Origin: Xylographa opegraphella
Taxonomy: Eukaryota
NCBI GenBank assembly: GCA_022813865.1
Contig: JALDZX010000021.1
Span: 186,001-250,000 of the forward strand
DNA: 64,000 nt
Reading direction: 5' to 3'
Shown here: piece after piece, positions 10,964-21,803 of the stretch
Numbering within the stretch: the stretch's first letter is position 1
Layout of the letters: the number at the start of each line of letters is the position of its first letter
Notes under the pieces: generated by a model
Databases searched by the model: none
Told to the model about the DNA's origin: nothing
What the model saw: the letters and a program-made list of their open reading frames with translations, nothing else
Translations under genes and position numbers: made by a program

Positions 10964-13900
10964 CCTTGCGGATGGTCGGGTTGGGAGGAGTCGGTGACGG
11001 TATTGGAAGAAGGTCTGCGAGCATTCCAGAAGGTCAGTGGAATCCGAAGGGGCATGGTGGGAGATTTTCCGGTGTACTATAGTACATACCTCGTACTATT
11101 GTCTTTTACAAGATCTGCACCACAACAGTGTTTGTAAGAAGTTAGTTCTCGCACCGTATCCCGAATTTGCACTTGCACTCTATATCGCGATGGTGTCGCA
11201 TAAAAGCTGAGGGGAGTATTTAGAGTTCTGATTGTTGACTGGGCAACAGGCCTGCCCTAATTCGCGACACCAAAAACTAGCCGGTGGAAGGTTGATAAAT
11301 AGGTACACTACTCCGGATGGTAATCTACGTGTTTGAGAGCATTTGTAAGGCTCCTTGCTGAAGAAGTCAATTTCAACTCGGGCCTGTATCTACTAGTCCA
11401 GCAACAAAGTTTTCGTCTGGACGAGTATCGATCGCTCACTCATCTGAATCGCCGACCTGGATCCTACCTTAAGCTACTGATTTTACTTTCGTTATCTAGC
11501 ATTCATCTCATGTATTCGCCAATTCTCGTCTTCCGAAACCTGAAACGTGGGAACTATAACGCGTAAACCTACCAACCAAGAGAGGCTCTCGCACTCATTC
11601 AAAAATAGGCATAGGATGCCCAAACGAAATGCGGAAGGAAAGAAGAGCAGCCAGATGTCCGCGGACGTTCATACGAAACCCGCTGGTCCAGCGTACAACG
11701 ACAGTATCCGTGAGGAAACTACGTCAAGACTTAATACCAAGTCTGGTCTACTCGTAACTCTCCGTCGGGGATCATAAGCCATGGTAGGTTTTGAAGCTGC
11801 TCAACGGGTAATTGATTATTGACCCACAACGCAAAAGCCTACCTAGGTACACTAGTAGTCCCCGTTATTCCAAAGCGCCTTCACCACGGGCCTGCACTGA
11901 GGCCCGCGCTACTGCACGAGCCGTAATAGTCGACCCGCTCAGTAGTCGGCAAAGGCACTGTGGAGACATCTTGGGTGCTGATGGCAAGCATGATTGATCT
12001 GTAAAATCGTTGACAGTAAGATGCTGTGGTCCTTCATCCACTTCTTCGAACCACGGAAAGCCTGGTCAGGACAGCAAAGGCAACAAATACTGGAGAGGTA
12101 TCCTAGGAGTGAAATTAGTCTATACCCATAAAGTCTAGTCTGGTGGAAACAGGGTGGTGTCCTTGCAAGCCTCATACCTTTGCAGGCGGAAGGTTTCTGT
12201 GGATGGGGAGTGAGGAGAATACTCTCCCGGGGAGGTCACGTTTGGGCGATCTGGACCGACGAGGATCTCAACCGTCTTTTCGATAGAAACAGATACGAGG
12301 ATAAGCTAACAGGCGCCAATGCATTGTGCCTGATCTACGCCGGGCCGAAACAGGAACTGGGTCAGCAGCTGGCCTCTATCCTGGCCAAAGGGTTTCGAGT
12401 AAGACTACTCCGTATTAGGGTCCCGCGGACGACCTGACAGACCCATTATGTAGAAAACGAGAGACAGCCGTTTGGCACTTGCAGAGAGCGCAGTAAGAAT
12501 CAGGTTGTTCAGCATTGGACCAAGAAAACCGAGTAGTACAGAGGGATCTGGGCCCTTGGTACTTTGCGGGATAGCGGTTGCTTCTGCTCGTCAGGGACTG
12601 CACACTTTCAGCGTTGCAAGCATTGAAGAACCGGTTGCCGACGATGATAGTTGCTGAATGGTCACCAGATCCGGGGATCTTCAGCAAATACCTTGACCGT
12701 CGGTGGCTCGGGTTGCTTCAACCATGGTACGCTACGCCGGCGGCCGGGCTAGATATGCAGAGTTGTAGTCCGGCTTCTGAAGCTGTTCCTGATCGTTCTT
12801 TCCTCCTTTCCTCAGCAAGCTAGACTCTGATCGGAGAGCCCGAGAAGGGAGATTGGAACCGGTACCGAATCGACACCTGGGACACGAGCGGTTTAGAGCG
12901 GAAAGAAAGCGCGACAGTCCAAACACTTGCTCTATGGACAGTCGGGATCCGGTCTCTTACTAGGTGCTTACTATCTTTTAACTCTAAAGGTGCTCCAGTA
13001 CACCTCAGCACAAGCGCCTGGACAGGGTATTACACCTCACGCCAATTTATCCACACGACACTTGCGGGGTTCGTCTACGAAAGTCCATCCTTCGCTTGTT
13101 CTCCAATGCGATTGAGTGGCCAGACCGACAGCGACAATGCCAATACTCGATGACGGGGAAGGGCCAGGATGCTGTTCACATCATCGAGTGCAGCGGTCGA
13201 TCCATGTGTGCTGCGATGCACGACCCACCAAAGTCAAATGGGGATGCAAATGCACCATGGGGACGTCGCAAAGTCTATTGCCAGCGCTGCCAAAGGTCAT
13301 GTCACGCACACGAGCTCCATGTGGACGACAGTTCAGACCCGATGGCTTTTTTTGCATGCAGGAGCCCACCATCCCGTCTGACGAGCACAGGCTTGGCCGC
13401 CGAATAGATTGGTACGGCGTGTGGGCCTCCGTCTCATGGGGGGGAAGGATGTGTATTTGGGGAGCCCCCCCACACGGACCCAGAATCAAGGTCGTGGGGA
13501 ACAGCCACGACACGGGGAGGGCATTCTGATTCGCGAAAGGGGGGATCCCTTGCATGCTGGGGCGAGCCTCACGAGTCACAGTGCAACTTCGGTCCAGTAG
13601 ACACCATGTCTGCGTCGGGTATCGTTCCTCTCCTCTCATGGTTCCCGGGCGACAAGCAGGGAAGTTTGATGGGGAGCTGTCGGTTGACCTTTGGTCCGGG
13701 AACGGAAGTTACCCGGCACCGCTGTCGGTCGTCTCATCGCTGGCGAAGGGCCAGCTTGTCCATGCAGGACTTGGTGCCGAAACCGAGTCATGGCGGTGTG
13801 AGGGCGTGCAGCACGCTTGACCGAGGGGAGTGGAGACCCGGCAGCGCCCGCCTGAACGGGCGACGATAAGTTTTCCGCCCGTCCCCTTAGCCGTTGTGGT

Positions 13901-14759
13901 CTCGCCATCGTGACTAGGTAGGTAGGTGTGGTGTAGTCAGAGTGGAGTGTAGAAGCATCAACAATGGACAAGTAGACTACACAGTAACTACCGAGGCCGA
14001 GGGGGTCACATCCGGCATGGATCCCGACTCCCTAGGCGCTTCCATGGCAGGAGCAGCGATCCGGCAGCAGTGACGATCATGATTCGGTATGCGCCAGCGA
14101 GACGCAAAAGCGGGCATCAGATTCAGGTGTCGCAGCAGTGGCGCGGAGCATGGAGTGTGGCACGACTGATCGCTGGGTGCGATGTGAGGAAGCGTGGGAA
14201 AGATGTCATGTTTCGGTCGGCATTCTTGCGATGCCCATCACCCATCATCGGTAGGTAAGGTAAGGTAAGGTCTTTATTGCGCGCCCCAATTGCAGCGCTT
14301 CCGAGGGGGGCTGGCGGGCCTGTGAGTGGTGAGTTGGCGGGGGCAAGGTCACCCGATGCTCTGGTTGAGGGGACGAACAAGGGCCAGCGGGCGCCGGGAG
14401 GATGCAGTCGGAATAGCGTGCACAAGTCGGGGGGCTGCAGGCCCGTTGGCCAGCTGCTTGGGACACCGAGGGGCGAAACAGAACGTGAAGAAATAGACTC
14501 GAAATAGCTTACGGAATCAGGACTCTCTCTCTTCATCAATCATAATGAACAACCCACGGCCAGCCATTATCCCTATATATAATAATCTCTTCCTCCAGAT
14601 CCAGGAATAATCATCTATCGCTGCATGCGAGCGTCCTGTCGCCCTACCTATGAGCCGGAACAGCCTGTGCTGCCTACCTTAGCCAACAATGTCCATGCCC
14701 GCAGCGCGCACCACTAATAAGGTCCTTCTAGTGGGGGCGTTTCTGTGTAAGGTAGCCGG

Positions 14760-14968
14760 CTCCCTCCCTAGCCCTTCCCCCCTCTTCCAAACCTCCTCCC
14801 CCCCCCCGCCTCCCCGAACCGTCCCCTTGGCTCCACCCCCCCTCCCCCCCTGCTGCAAGTTTGGCAACACAATGAAGTACCTTATCCTTGAACCCCACGA
14901 CCAAACTTTTTATGGCGATACGGTAGACAAGGCCCCCCCTCCCCCTCTCCCCCCCCCCCGCCCGCGCC
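14760..14968 (-). other. Poly-C/poly-G tract cluster with G-quadruplex potential upstream of the LaeA-like gene
   Basis: Many runs of 4 or more C on + (G runs on -) with short spacers. Confidence 0.45.
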
Positions 14969-15245
14969 TTTTTGACACTTCGTGGCCCACATTAGTGTGC
15001 TTCCCACCGAAAGTCACCGCACCCGACTAACAAAGGTAATGCTCGAACTTACCTTATCGAACTCCTTGGTGGCCTCATGCCCGCCAACGCCACAAGCTCC
15101 GGTCTCGTCCCTCGTTCTCCTCATCCTCCTCCTCCTCCTCACCCCAGTGTTCGTTATGATGCCACTTCTCCCTGTTCCGTTCGTGGTTCATGTGGCCAAT
15201 TCGTGAAGCGTGATCGGGCCAGCTCCTCCTGTGGTGCAGGACAAC

Positions 15246-16708
15246 ATGGACAATCTCGGCGTGAGAGACGAGGCAGCCAGGCGGAAGCCGATGACTCCCC
15301 CGACGGTCTGCCAACCATCGTCGATATTGGAGGTGGATAGCGTGAGTGTGGCCGGAGCATCGTGTCCCCGAAGGGCTTCCACTGATCGGACCAGTGCCAC
15401 GTACCCGACGACGAAGACTGGTATGGACATCAGCGACCTTGGTCTGCATCGGAGCGTGTCTAACCCGGTCAGGAACGACGACTTTGCGTCCATCACCTCC
15501 AGCATTGTCGATTACGAATTTGAGAACGGTCGACGGTATCATGCCTACAAGGCCGGCAGTGCGTATCCTTTGATCGTCCGATATCTGCGAGTTCTAACCG
15601 CTGTGCCACTGCTAGATTATCCATATCCAAACGACGAGGCGAGCATCTCTCCCCGGATCCATCAGCCGGTCATGACTGACTTGAGCACAATAGCTGGAGC
15701 AAGATCGACTCGACCTGCAACATCACGTTATCACGCTCCTCCTCAATGGCGAACTACACCTTGCACCTCTCGAGAACCCAAAAAGGATAATCGATCTCGG
15801 GACTGGCACCGGGCTGTGGGCCATTGAGATGGCAGACAGTTTCCCCGATGCCATTGTCATAGGAACCGATCTCTCCCCGGTGCAACCGACTTTGTACGAT
15901 CTGCACCCAGACTCCTGTCACGAGGGTCTTATAATTCTTTTTTTGCTAGGACTGAGACGTGTTTAGGGTTCCGGACAACGTTCGCTTTGAAATTAGCGAT
16001 ATAGAAAGTGACTGGATGTACCAAGCGAACTCTTTCGACTACATCCATTCCAGATACTTGCTTGGTTCCATATCGGATTGGCAGGCAATGATACAAAGAG
16101 CATACAAGTATGTACACTCCATGAGTTCACGTGATGCCTTACCCCCCAGCTGACCTTTGATGCAGGCACTGCAAGCCTGGAGCATACTTTGAAATGCAGG
16201 ACCTCGATCCGCGCCTGACTTCCGATGATGGCAGCCTCTCGAGGAGCCCGATGCATTCATTGTTCTGTAAGCTCATCGTAGATGCCTCCGAAAAGTATGG
16301 AAAGCCGGTGCCACGACATACGCAATACAAGGGGTGGCTGGAGGAAGCGGGCTTCGTCGATGTGAGGGAGTACCTGTTTAAGATTCCAGTCAACACGTGG
16401 CCCAAGAACAAACAACTGAAGGAAGTGGGCAAATACCAGCTTCTCAACTATACTGAGGGATACGAGGCCATCGGGATCGGGTTGTTCACGCGATCACTCA
16501 AGTGGCAACCTACGGAGTTCCAGGTGCTGCTTGCGCGGTTAAGACAAGAAATCAAGGACCGGACCATTCATGCATACCAGCACTTGTGATTGTCCCCAGA
16601 CCGAACCTCTCTATTTCGCTAACATCTGACAGCGCGGTGGTCGTTGGGCGGAAACCATTTTCGAGTCGGTCGTCACATACGACGCCAACGCCGCCGATAG
16701 AGCCATAA
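15246..16708 (+). CDS. LaeA-like / TAM-domain class I SAM methyltransferase (methyltransf_23)
   Basis: ASITSSIVDYEFENGRRYHAYKAG|NYPYPNDE|LEQDRLDLQHH...IIDLGTGTGLWAIEMAD...GTDLSPVQP|VPDNVRFEISDIESDW...FDYIHSRYL...CKPGAYFEMQD...LEEAGFVDV...IPVNTWPKNKQLKEVG. Five introns, one of them GC-AG (15639-15693). Confidence 0.9.
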
Positions 16709-18100
16709 CCATTTGGCGGCAGCGTCTCCGTTATGTTCAGCTTCCATTCTTCCAGCACTCTGGATAATACGTGTCCAGTAAGTGCTGTCTACCCCTTGCT
16801 TCTTGCTAGTGATGGCGGAAATTATTCTGGAGGACTACAGCACCCCAGACCATCTTCATCAATGTTTCGGGATTATCAAATCATACTATACAATTTTCGC
16901 CGGCGACATTACTCCGCGGTCCATGTCGGAGAAGATGAACCTCTCCAACGATCGAAAACCATAGAGTGGACGTTGAGTCACCTTATCCTCCCATCTCCTT
17001 TAACGCTTTCTCTGGTCTTGTCTTCCACTCATGGCGTCTAAGAAGCAATCGGCATTTCCACACGTTCTACATTCTCAGGCACTGACATCTCCTGGGCGGC
17101 GGCGAATCTCTTTCTTCTGGTGGTTACCTCACTATCTTGCCTGACGCATGATGACTTCACTTCTCGACTCTCGACCGCATCGTCCCCGACGCGCTGCTCG
17201 CGATTCAACATGGTATGGGAGTCGGCTTCTTTTTTTTTCTCTTTTTTTGTCTCGCCGGGAGTTCCGCGCCTGGAAGGCTCTCTGTCTCCGGCAGCTAGCG
17301 ATAGCGGGCAGGTAGGCTTACGCATGGGTGGAGGCAGGGCATAGCCGCAGTGTATCAATCGGGGTCATCCACCTCTCGTTTTTCGTGCTTTCTCGCTTTT
17401 TATTTGTTGATGCTCCTGCCTCTGGGACGACATGTTCAGCGTGCCCCATCACGCAAGCGCGGGAGGCTGGTAGATGACCTCCCGCCCTACACGATATCCC
17501 CCAACCTAAGGGTAGGTAGGTAACCTTGTCCGCTACTCACGCGTAGTCCACCCCTCCCCACACATCGTCCCGCCGGCAGGAGCATCCCGCCCTGTATGGA
17601 TTGAATGAATGTTACCGACCTTACCTACCTTATCTTACACCCCACTCCCCCACCCTTTTTCGTCTTCCCCCACCCCCCGGCCCACCTACGTTAACCATGT
17701 GACGTTCCTCGCCTTCGCTCATGTGACTTGTCGCGTCCGGAACAAAGCCCCCCATTCCGCTTCCTGCCTTTCTGCGGTCGGGTGGTTTGGCATGGAGTGG
17801 TTTGCACTGGTTTGGACTGGACTGGACTGGAGTGCCTCGTTCTGTAGCCGCGGCGGGTTTGTTCGGTGGTGGGTGATGGGCGGGCTGGGATGTTGGGTCT
17901 GGGGTCTGGGGTGAAGCTTACAGAGGAAGGTGCACGCACATCCCAGCCGGCAGGCAAAGCGAGGGGAAGTCGACTGACATTCCGCAACCAGCGAGTGGAC
18001 CATTACGAGCCACGCGTTCTGCAGCCGGGGATGGCGAGAAGCCGCAAATGCCGTGGGGAGGTATTACGAGGGGGGGCACGAGACAAAGCGTCGGGGNGGG

Positions 18101-18456
18101 AAGTGGTGGATATGATATCTTTATATCTTTATATCAGGTGGGGTGGGGGCACCATGACCCGCAAAACCGAGGATTCTATGCTACAGGACCGAAGAACCGC
18201 GTTGCCAGCGCGCCTACGACGCGATACCCCACCGCGGCAGTGACGGTCAGGAAGCCGCAGCCCAGCAGCAGGGCGTGGAGGTTGCAAGTGATAGACATGA
18301 TATCCTTATCTCAGGGGGCAGGCACCATGGCCCGCAAACCGGGATCCTAAACTCCAGAACCAAAGAACCGCGTCGCCAGCGCGCCCACGACGCGATACCC
18401 GACCGCAGCAGCGACGCTTGCGAAAGCGCAGCCCAGCAGCAGGGCGTGGAGGTTGC
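18101..18456. repeat. Diverged direct tandem duplication (about 170-185 bp unit) of the oxygenase 3' end
   Basis: Copy A is about 18101-18285 and copy B about 18286-18456. Shared blocks include AAGTG..ATGATATC..GGCACCATG.CCCGCAAA, AAGAACCGCGT.GCCAGCGCGCC.ACGACGCGATACCC and GCAGCCCAGCAGCAGGGCGTGGAGGTTGC. Confidence 0.9.
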
Positions 18457-19975
18457 GGCGCTCGATGCTGGAGCGCGCGGAGCGCGACGGGGCGGCGGCG
18501 TCCTCGGCGCGCGTGATCTGGTGCATGTGCGGGATGTATTTGAAGTCGAAGACGGACTCGTGCTGCAGGCCGTGCTTGCCGTCGACGATGACGGCCCAGA
18601 AGATCTTGCGGAGGGCCTGCGCGGGGGTGGGTGGTTAGTATGAGTTTGGCAGGGGAATCAGGGATGGGGGGGCCACTGACGGCGATTTTCCGCCGGTCGA
18701 GGTAGGGGATGGAGCGGTAGGTGTAGCAGATGGCCATGAAGAAGAGGCATTGGCCGGCGACGAGGGCCCAGTAGTAGAGGCCCGGGCGGCCGAGGCCGAG
18801 GGCGTCGCACAGCTCGTTGCCGTTCAGCCAGCGGCTGTTGGCTTCGAGCATGGCGCGCGACGCGTACTGCGGCGGCTGGCCTTCGAGGGCGCGGATGATG
18901 TTGTTCGCGAGCGTCTTGGACGTTTCCGTCGGCTCGATCTCGTACATCAGCAGGCTCTCCATCACCGTGCGCGCCTTGTCGGGCGTTTCGAAGGCCTCGG
19001 TCGGCGTCCCGGTGAGGTGGCCGATGTAGCGGAAGAGCGCGATGTAGTCGACAATCTCCTGCTGCCGGAGCCAGATGCCCTGGCGCGGGAAGGCTAGCCA
19101 GACCAGGGTGGCGGAGAAGGTGCCGATGGTGGCGATGCAGTCCAGGTCGTTGATGGGGATGCCCCATTTCTCGACGTCGTAGTATTCAGGTCTCTGGCGC
19201 GCGAGCTTCATGATGCGCTGGCGGACCGCGGCGTGTAGGAGACGGACCCGGATCGAAGAGGCGAAGCCGTCGCCGCCGGGTTGGATGGATTGGAGGGATT
19301 GCGTGCATTGCAGGATGTGTTGCGTCGTCTCGAACAGCCGGTGTCGGGCGACCTTTGTGGAAAAGCCGCCGGTGCGGGCGAGCGTTTCGACGACGCGGTT
19401 TGCCCCCTTCGGTCAGATGTCAGTGCCTGGATAGGAGCCTTTGGAGTGGCCGGGCTTACCATGCCCCCGAGGAGACTTTGGAAGCAGAGCCCGGTCAGAG
19501 CAGGACCTGAACAACGTCAACCTACCTTGGGCTCTCACAGTTCATCCGTCGTCTACTGACCACCGTAGCGATAGAACACTTCCTGACCCCGAGCGATTTG
19601 TTCCCAATCGACCCACGTCGGGATCGCGTTGACCTCGCGCCAGAGCTTGCCCAGCGTGTCGTCACAATGAGCATGATCTCTCAGCAAGATATACAGATCC
19701 CTTTTCGGAGTAAAGTCCGCATCGGGCTGTTTGCCAGCGTCCGAAGCCGGCGTTGTCGCCTCCGCATATTTGTTGGAATTCCGAGGCAGAGCGGATCGCG
19801 GAGGTGGAGATATCTCGTTCAACCGATCGAGAGCCTGTTCTCCCAAGACGTCATAGGAGAATCTCATCGGATGTGTTTTTTCTGGCGTCAAGTGCTCGGG
19901 CGTCAACTGGAATGTGTAGCCCCAGCATGTGCGTGTATTCTCGTCGCAGACGCGGAAAGGATTAGGCCACGCCAT
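18347..19975 (-). CDS. ER-bound oxygenase of the MpaB'/DUF2236/latex-clearing-protein family
   Basis: MAWPNPF...WGYTFQLTPEH...LWREVNAIPTWVDWEQIARGQEVFYRYG|GPALTGLCFQSLLGGM|GANRVVETLARTGGF...RLFETTQH...GFASSIRVRLLHAAVR...WGIPINDLDCIATIGTFS...DYIALFRYIGHLTG. After intron 18678-18617 the C-terminal TM reads NLHALLLGCAFASVAAAVGYRVVGALATRFFGSGV*. Confidence 0.88.
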
Positions 19976-21096
19976 TAATCCAGTATTGTTTGGTGACAAA
20001 GGAAACGTATCGGGGGCAAGGAAATAAAGGAAAGAATCATGGTATCTGAGAATTATAGAGAAAGAAAGCACGTGTCAGATCCATTTACTCCCTCCATTCC
20101 TTCATGCTCCAAAGTCGCAAGATCTAGATCGTCATCGCGCAGACTAAATTGGAGCTTGTGGCACCCGCACAAGACCACGGCCGTTCACGAGCCTCATTGC
20201 GTGCCGAGATCTGTGCATCTGAGAAGCATATACATATTGCTCTTGGCTTGCGGTAGATCATCTTGTTTCATATCTTAGGTAGATATACTGATCCCGCAAC
20301 TGCCATAGGTAGAATGGAATAATTTGGTAAAGAAAGATCCGGTTACGGTACCTGGCTGCCTCTGCTGCCCAGGACCTATCCTAAGTGGGAAATACTTTAG
20401 TCCTAGTGCAGTATAATATTCAGGATATTTGAGTGCCTTGAATGTGATTTCTAGGTATCGAGCATCCAGGAGTTGCGAAGTAATAGTGTTTAAAGGGAAA
20501 GAAAGAATATATGTTAGTCCCAGACCTCGGCACTTTCTTGGCCTTGCTGTAAGCTCCCTGTGGAGGTACTTCAAGCCTCGTTCTTGACGGTCCAACGGCG
20601 GAAGCAATGAATCTGGCTCATCCACTAGAAAGCTGCATCCGGCGATTGCTATGCCAAAGCGTCAGATCTAAGAGTTTAGGATGACGGAGCTTCGAACGAA
20701 TAACTACAGACTGATTTGTCCGTCGATCGAATATCTCGGCTGGATTTCTGATGTTATGCTTCTATACCAATATGAACACAAAGGAATCGAGCATGGTTTT
20801 TCTCTGAAGACCTCCATGTTCTCCTATAATAGGGAGACCTGCTCAACTACAAAGATATTCCTGTGTCTTGTTTGCATTATTTTCGGGGGCAGAGACTTAG
20901 TCCAGTAGCACGAAAAGAACTCTACTTGCAGATGAGTTAGACGCGGACTTTGTGCTCGTGAAGCAGACAAAGCAGGCCGCGGATTAAGGGAAATTTGGTA
21001 GATGGCCATATGAGCAGCTAGAGACCAACGTTTCTCAGTCGTGAGTGAGTGGAGCCAGTAGTAGTTTTTGTTCCACTTTAGCGAATATAAAAAGTC

Positions 21097-21519
21097 TTGC
21101 TATACCCTGAAATCACATCCCTGGAATCAGGTTGGAAGAACTGGAAAAGCGCCTTTCATTATGTACCGGTTTTCTTTGTTATGCTTCCTTCTCCAAGACC
21201 AGCCATTGCGTCACAACTCTGTTGTGGTAACGATACAGATACTTGTGCCAAGGACACTACATGGGCTAACACGCCACCATTTCATGGAAAACGCGATCAA
21301 GTGGGTGCTATTGGATGTGACAGCACATGCAGTGTGACCTGTACAGGCACGAGGTCTAACCTACGTGGAGTTCCTGTGGAGGGAGATCTGACTTGCACCG
21401 GCTTTTGGGTTTCCGCTCACTCCGATGCATCTTTTCTCCAAGTCTCCAAGGACTGCTCCAAGAAAGGCTGTTCACAATCTTGCACAAAGGAGATATCTGT
21501 TCAGGGGCCCCCGTTTTAG
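21097..21519 (+). CDS. Possible small Cys-rich secreted protein (start and splicing uncertain; may be a pseudogene)
   Basis: Ten Cys in the pattern CC..C..CxxxCxxxC..C..CxxxxCxxxC, an internal KR site, and a hydrophobic stretch (FHYVPVFFVML..AIA) before the Cys region. No clean ATG upstream of that stretch. Confidence 0.35.
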   Translation: MLYPEITSLESGWKNWKSAFHYVPVFFVMLPSPRPAIASQLCCGNDTDTCAKDTTWANTPPFHGKRDQVGAIGCDSTCSVTCTGTRSNLRGVPVEGDLTCTGFWVSAHSDASFLQVSKDCSKKGCSQSCTKEISVQGPPF

Positions 21520-21803
21520 CAGGTTCCAGCTGGCCCGTCCCATTGTTCCACGCAGATCGTGGCTTTCATCCTACCCGGGGCTAGCGATTAGCGAGCCACA
21601 AGGATCGTCCTTTTCCACGTTTGTCAGGCACGCCGGGAATCTTCTCCTGTCTTGTCGCGCTCGACTTGTACACTCATTTAAGGCCCCATCACGAGCACCC
21701 ATCCCAGGGTATTTGCTTCTTCGGCGCGGAATTGCTGGATTCTTACAATCTCGGCGTGTTAATTACTTTGCACAAGCAGTGTTTGGTCTCGAAGCCGTAA
21801 GTC

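Noticed and set aside
13096..14539. Numerous 60-150 aa ORFs on both strands
   Set aside because: They overlap each other and have no recognisable motifs or coherent exon structure. Treated as non-coding.
17609..17914. 101-aa ORF with a Pro-rich first half and a Trp/Gly-rich second half
   Set aside because: Its composition is explained by C-rich then G-rich simple sequence and 5-bp repeats, so it is not credible as a protein.
18097..18097. Single N within a G-run
   Set aside because: Assembly or sequencing ambiguity rather than a biological feature. Noted as a caveat for the neighbouring duplication.
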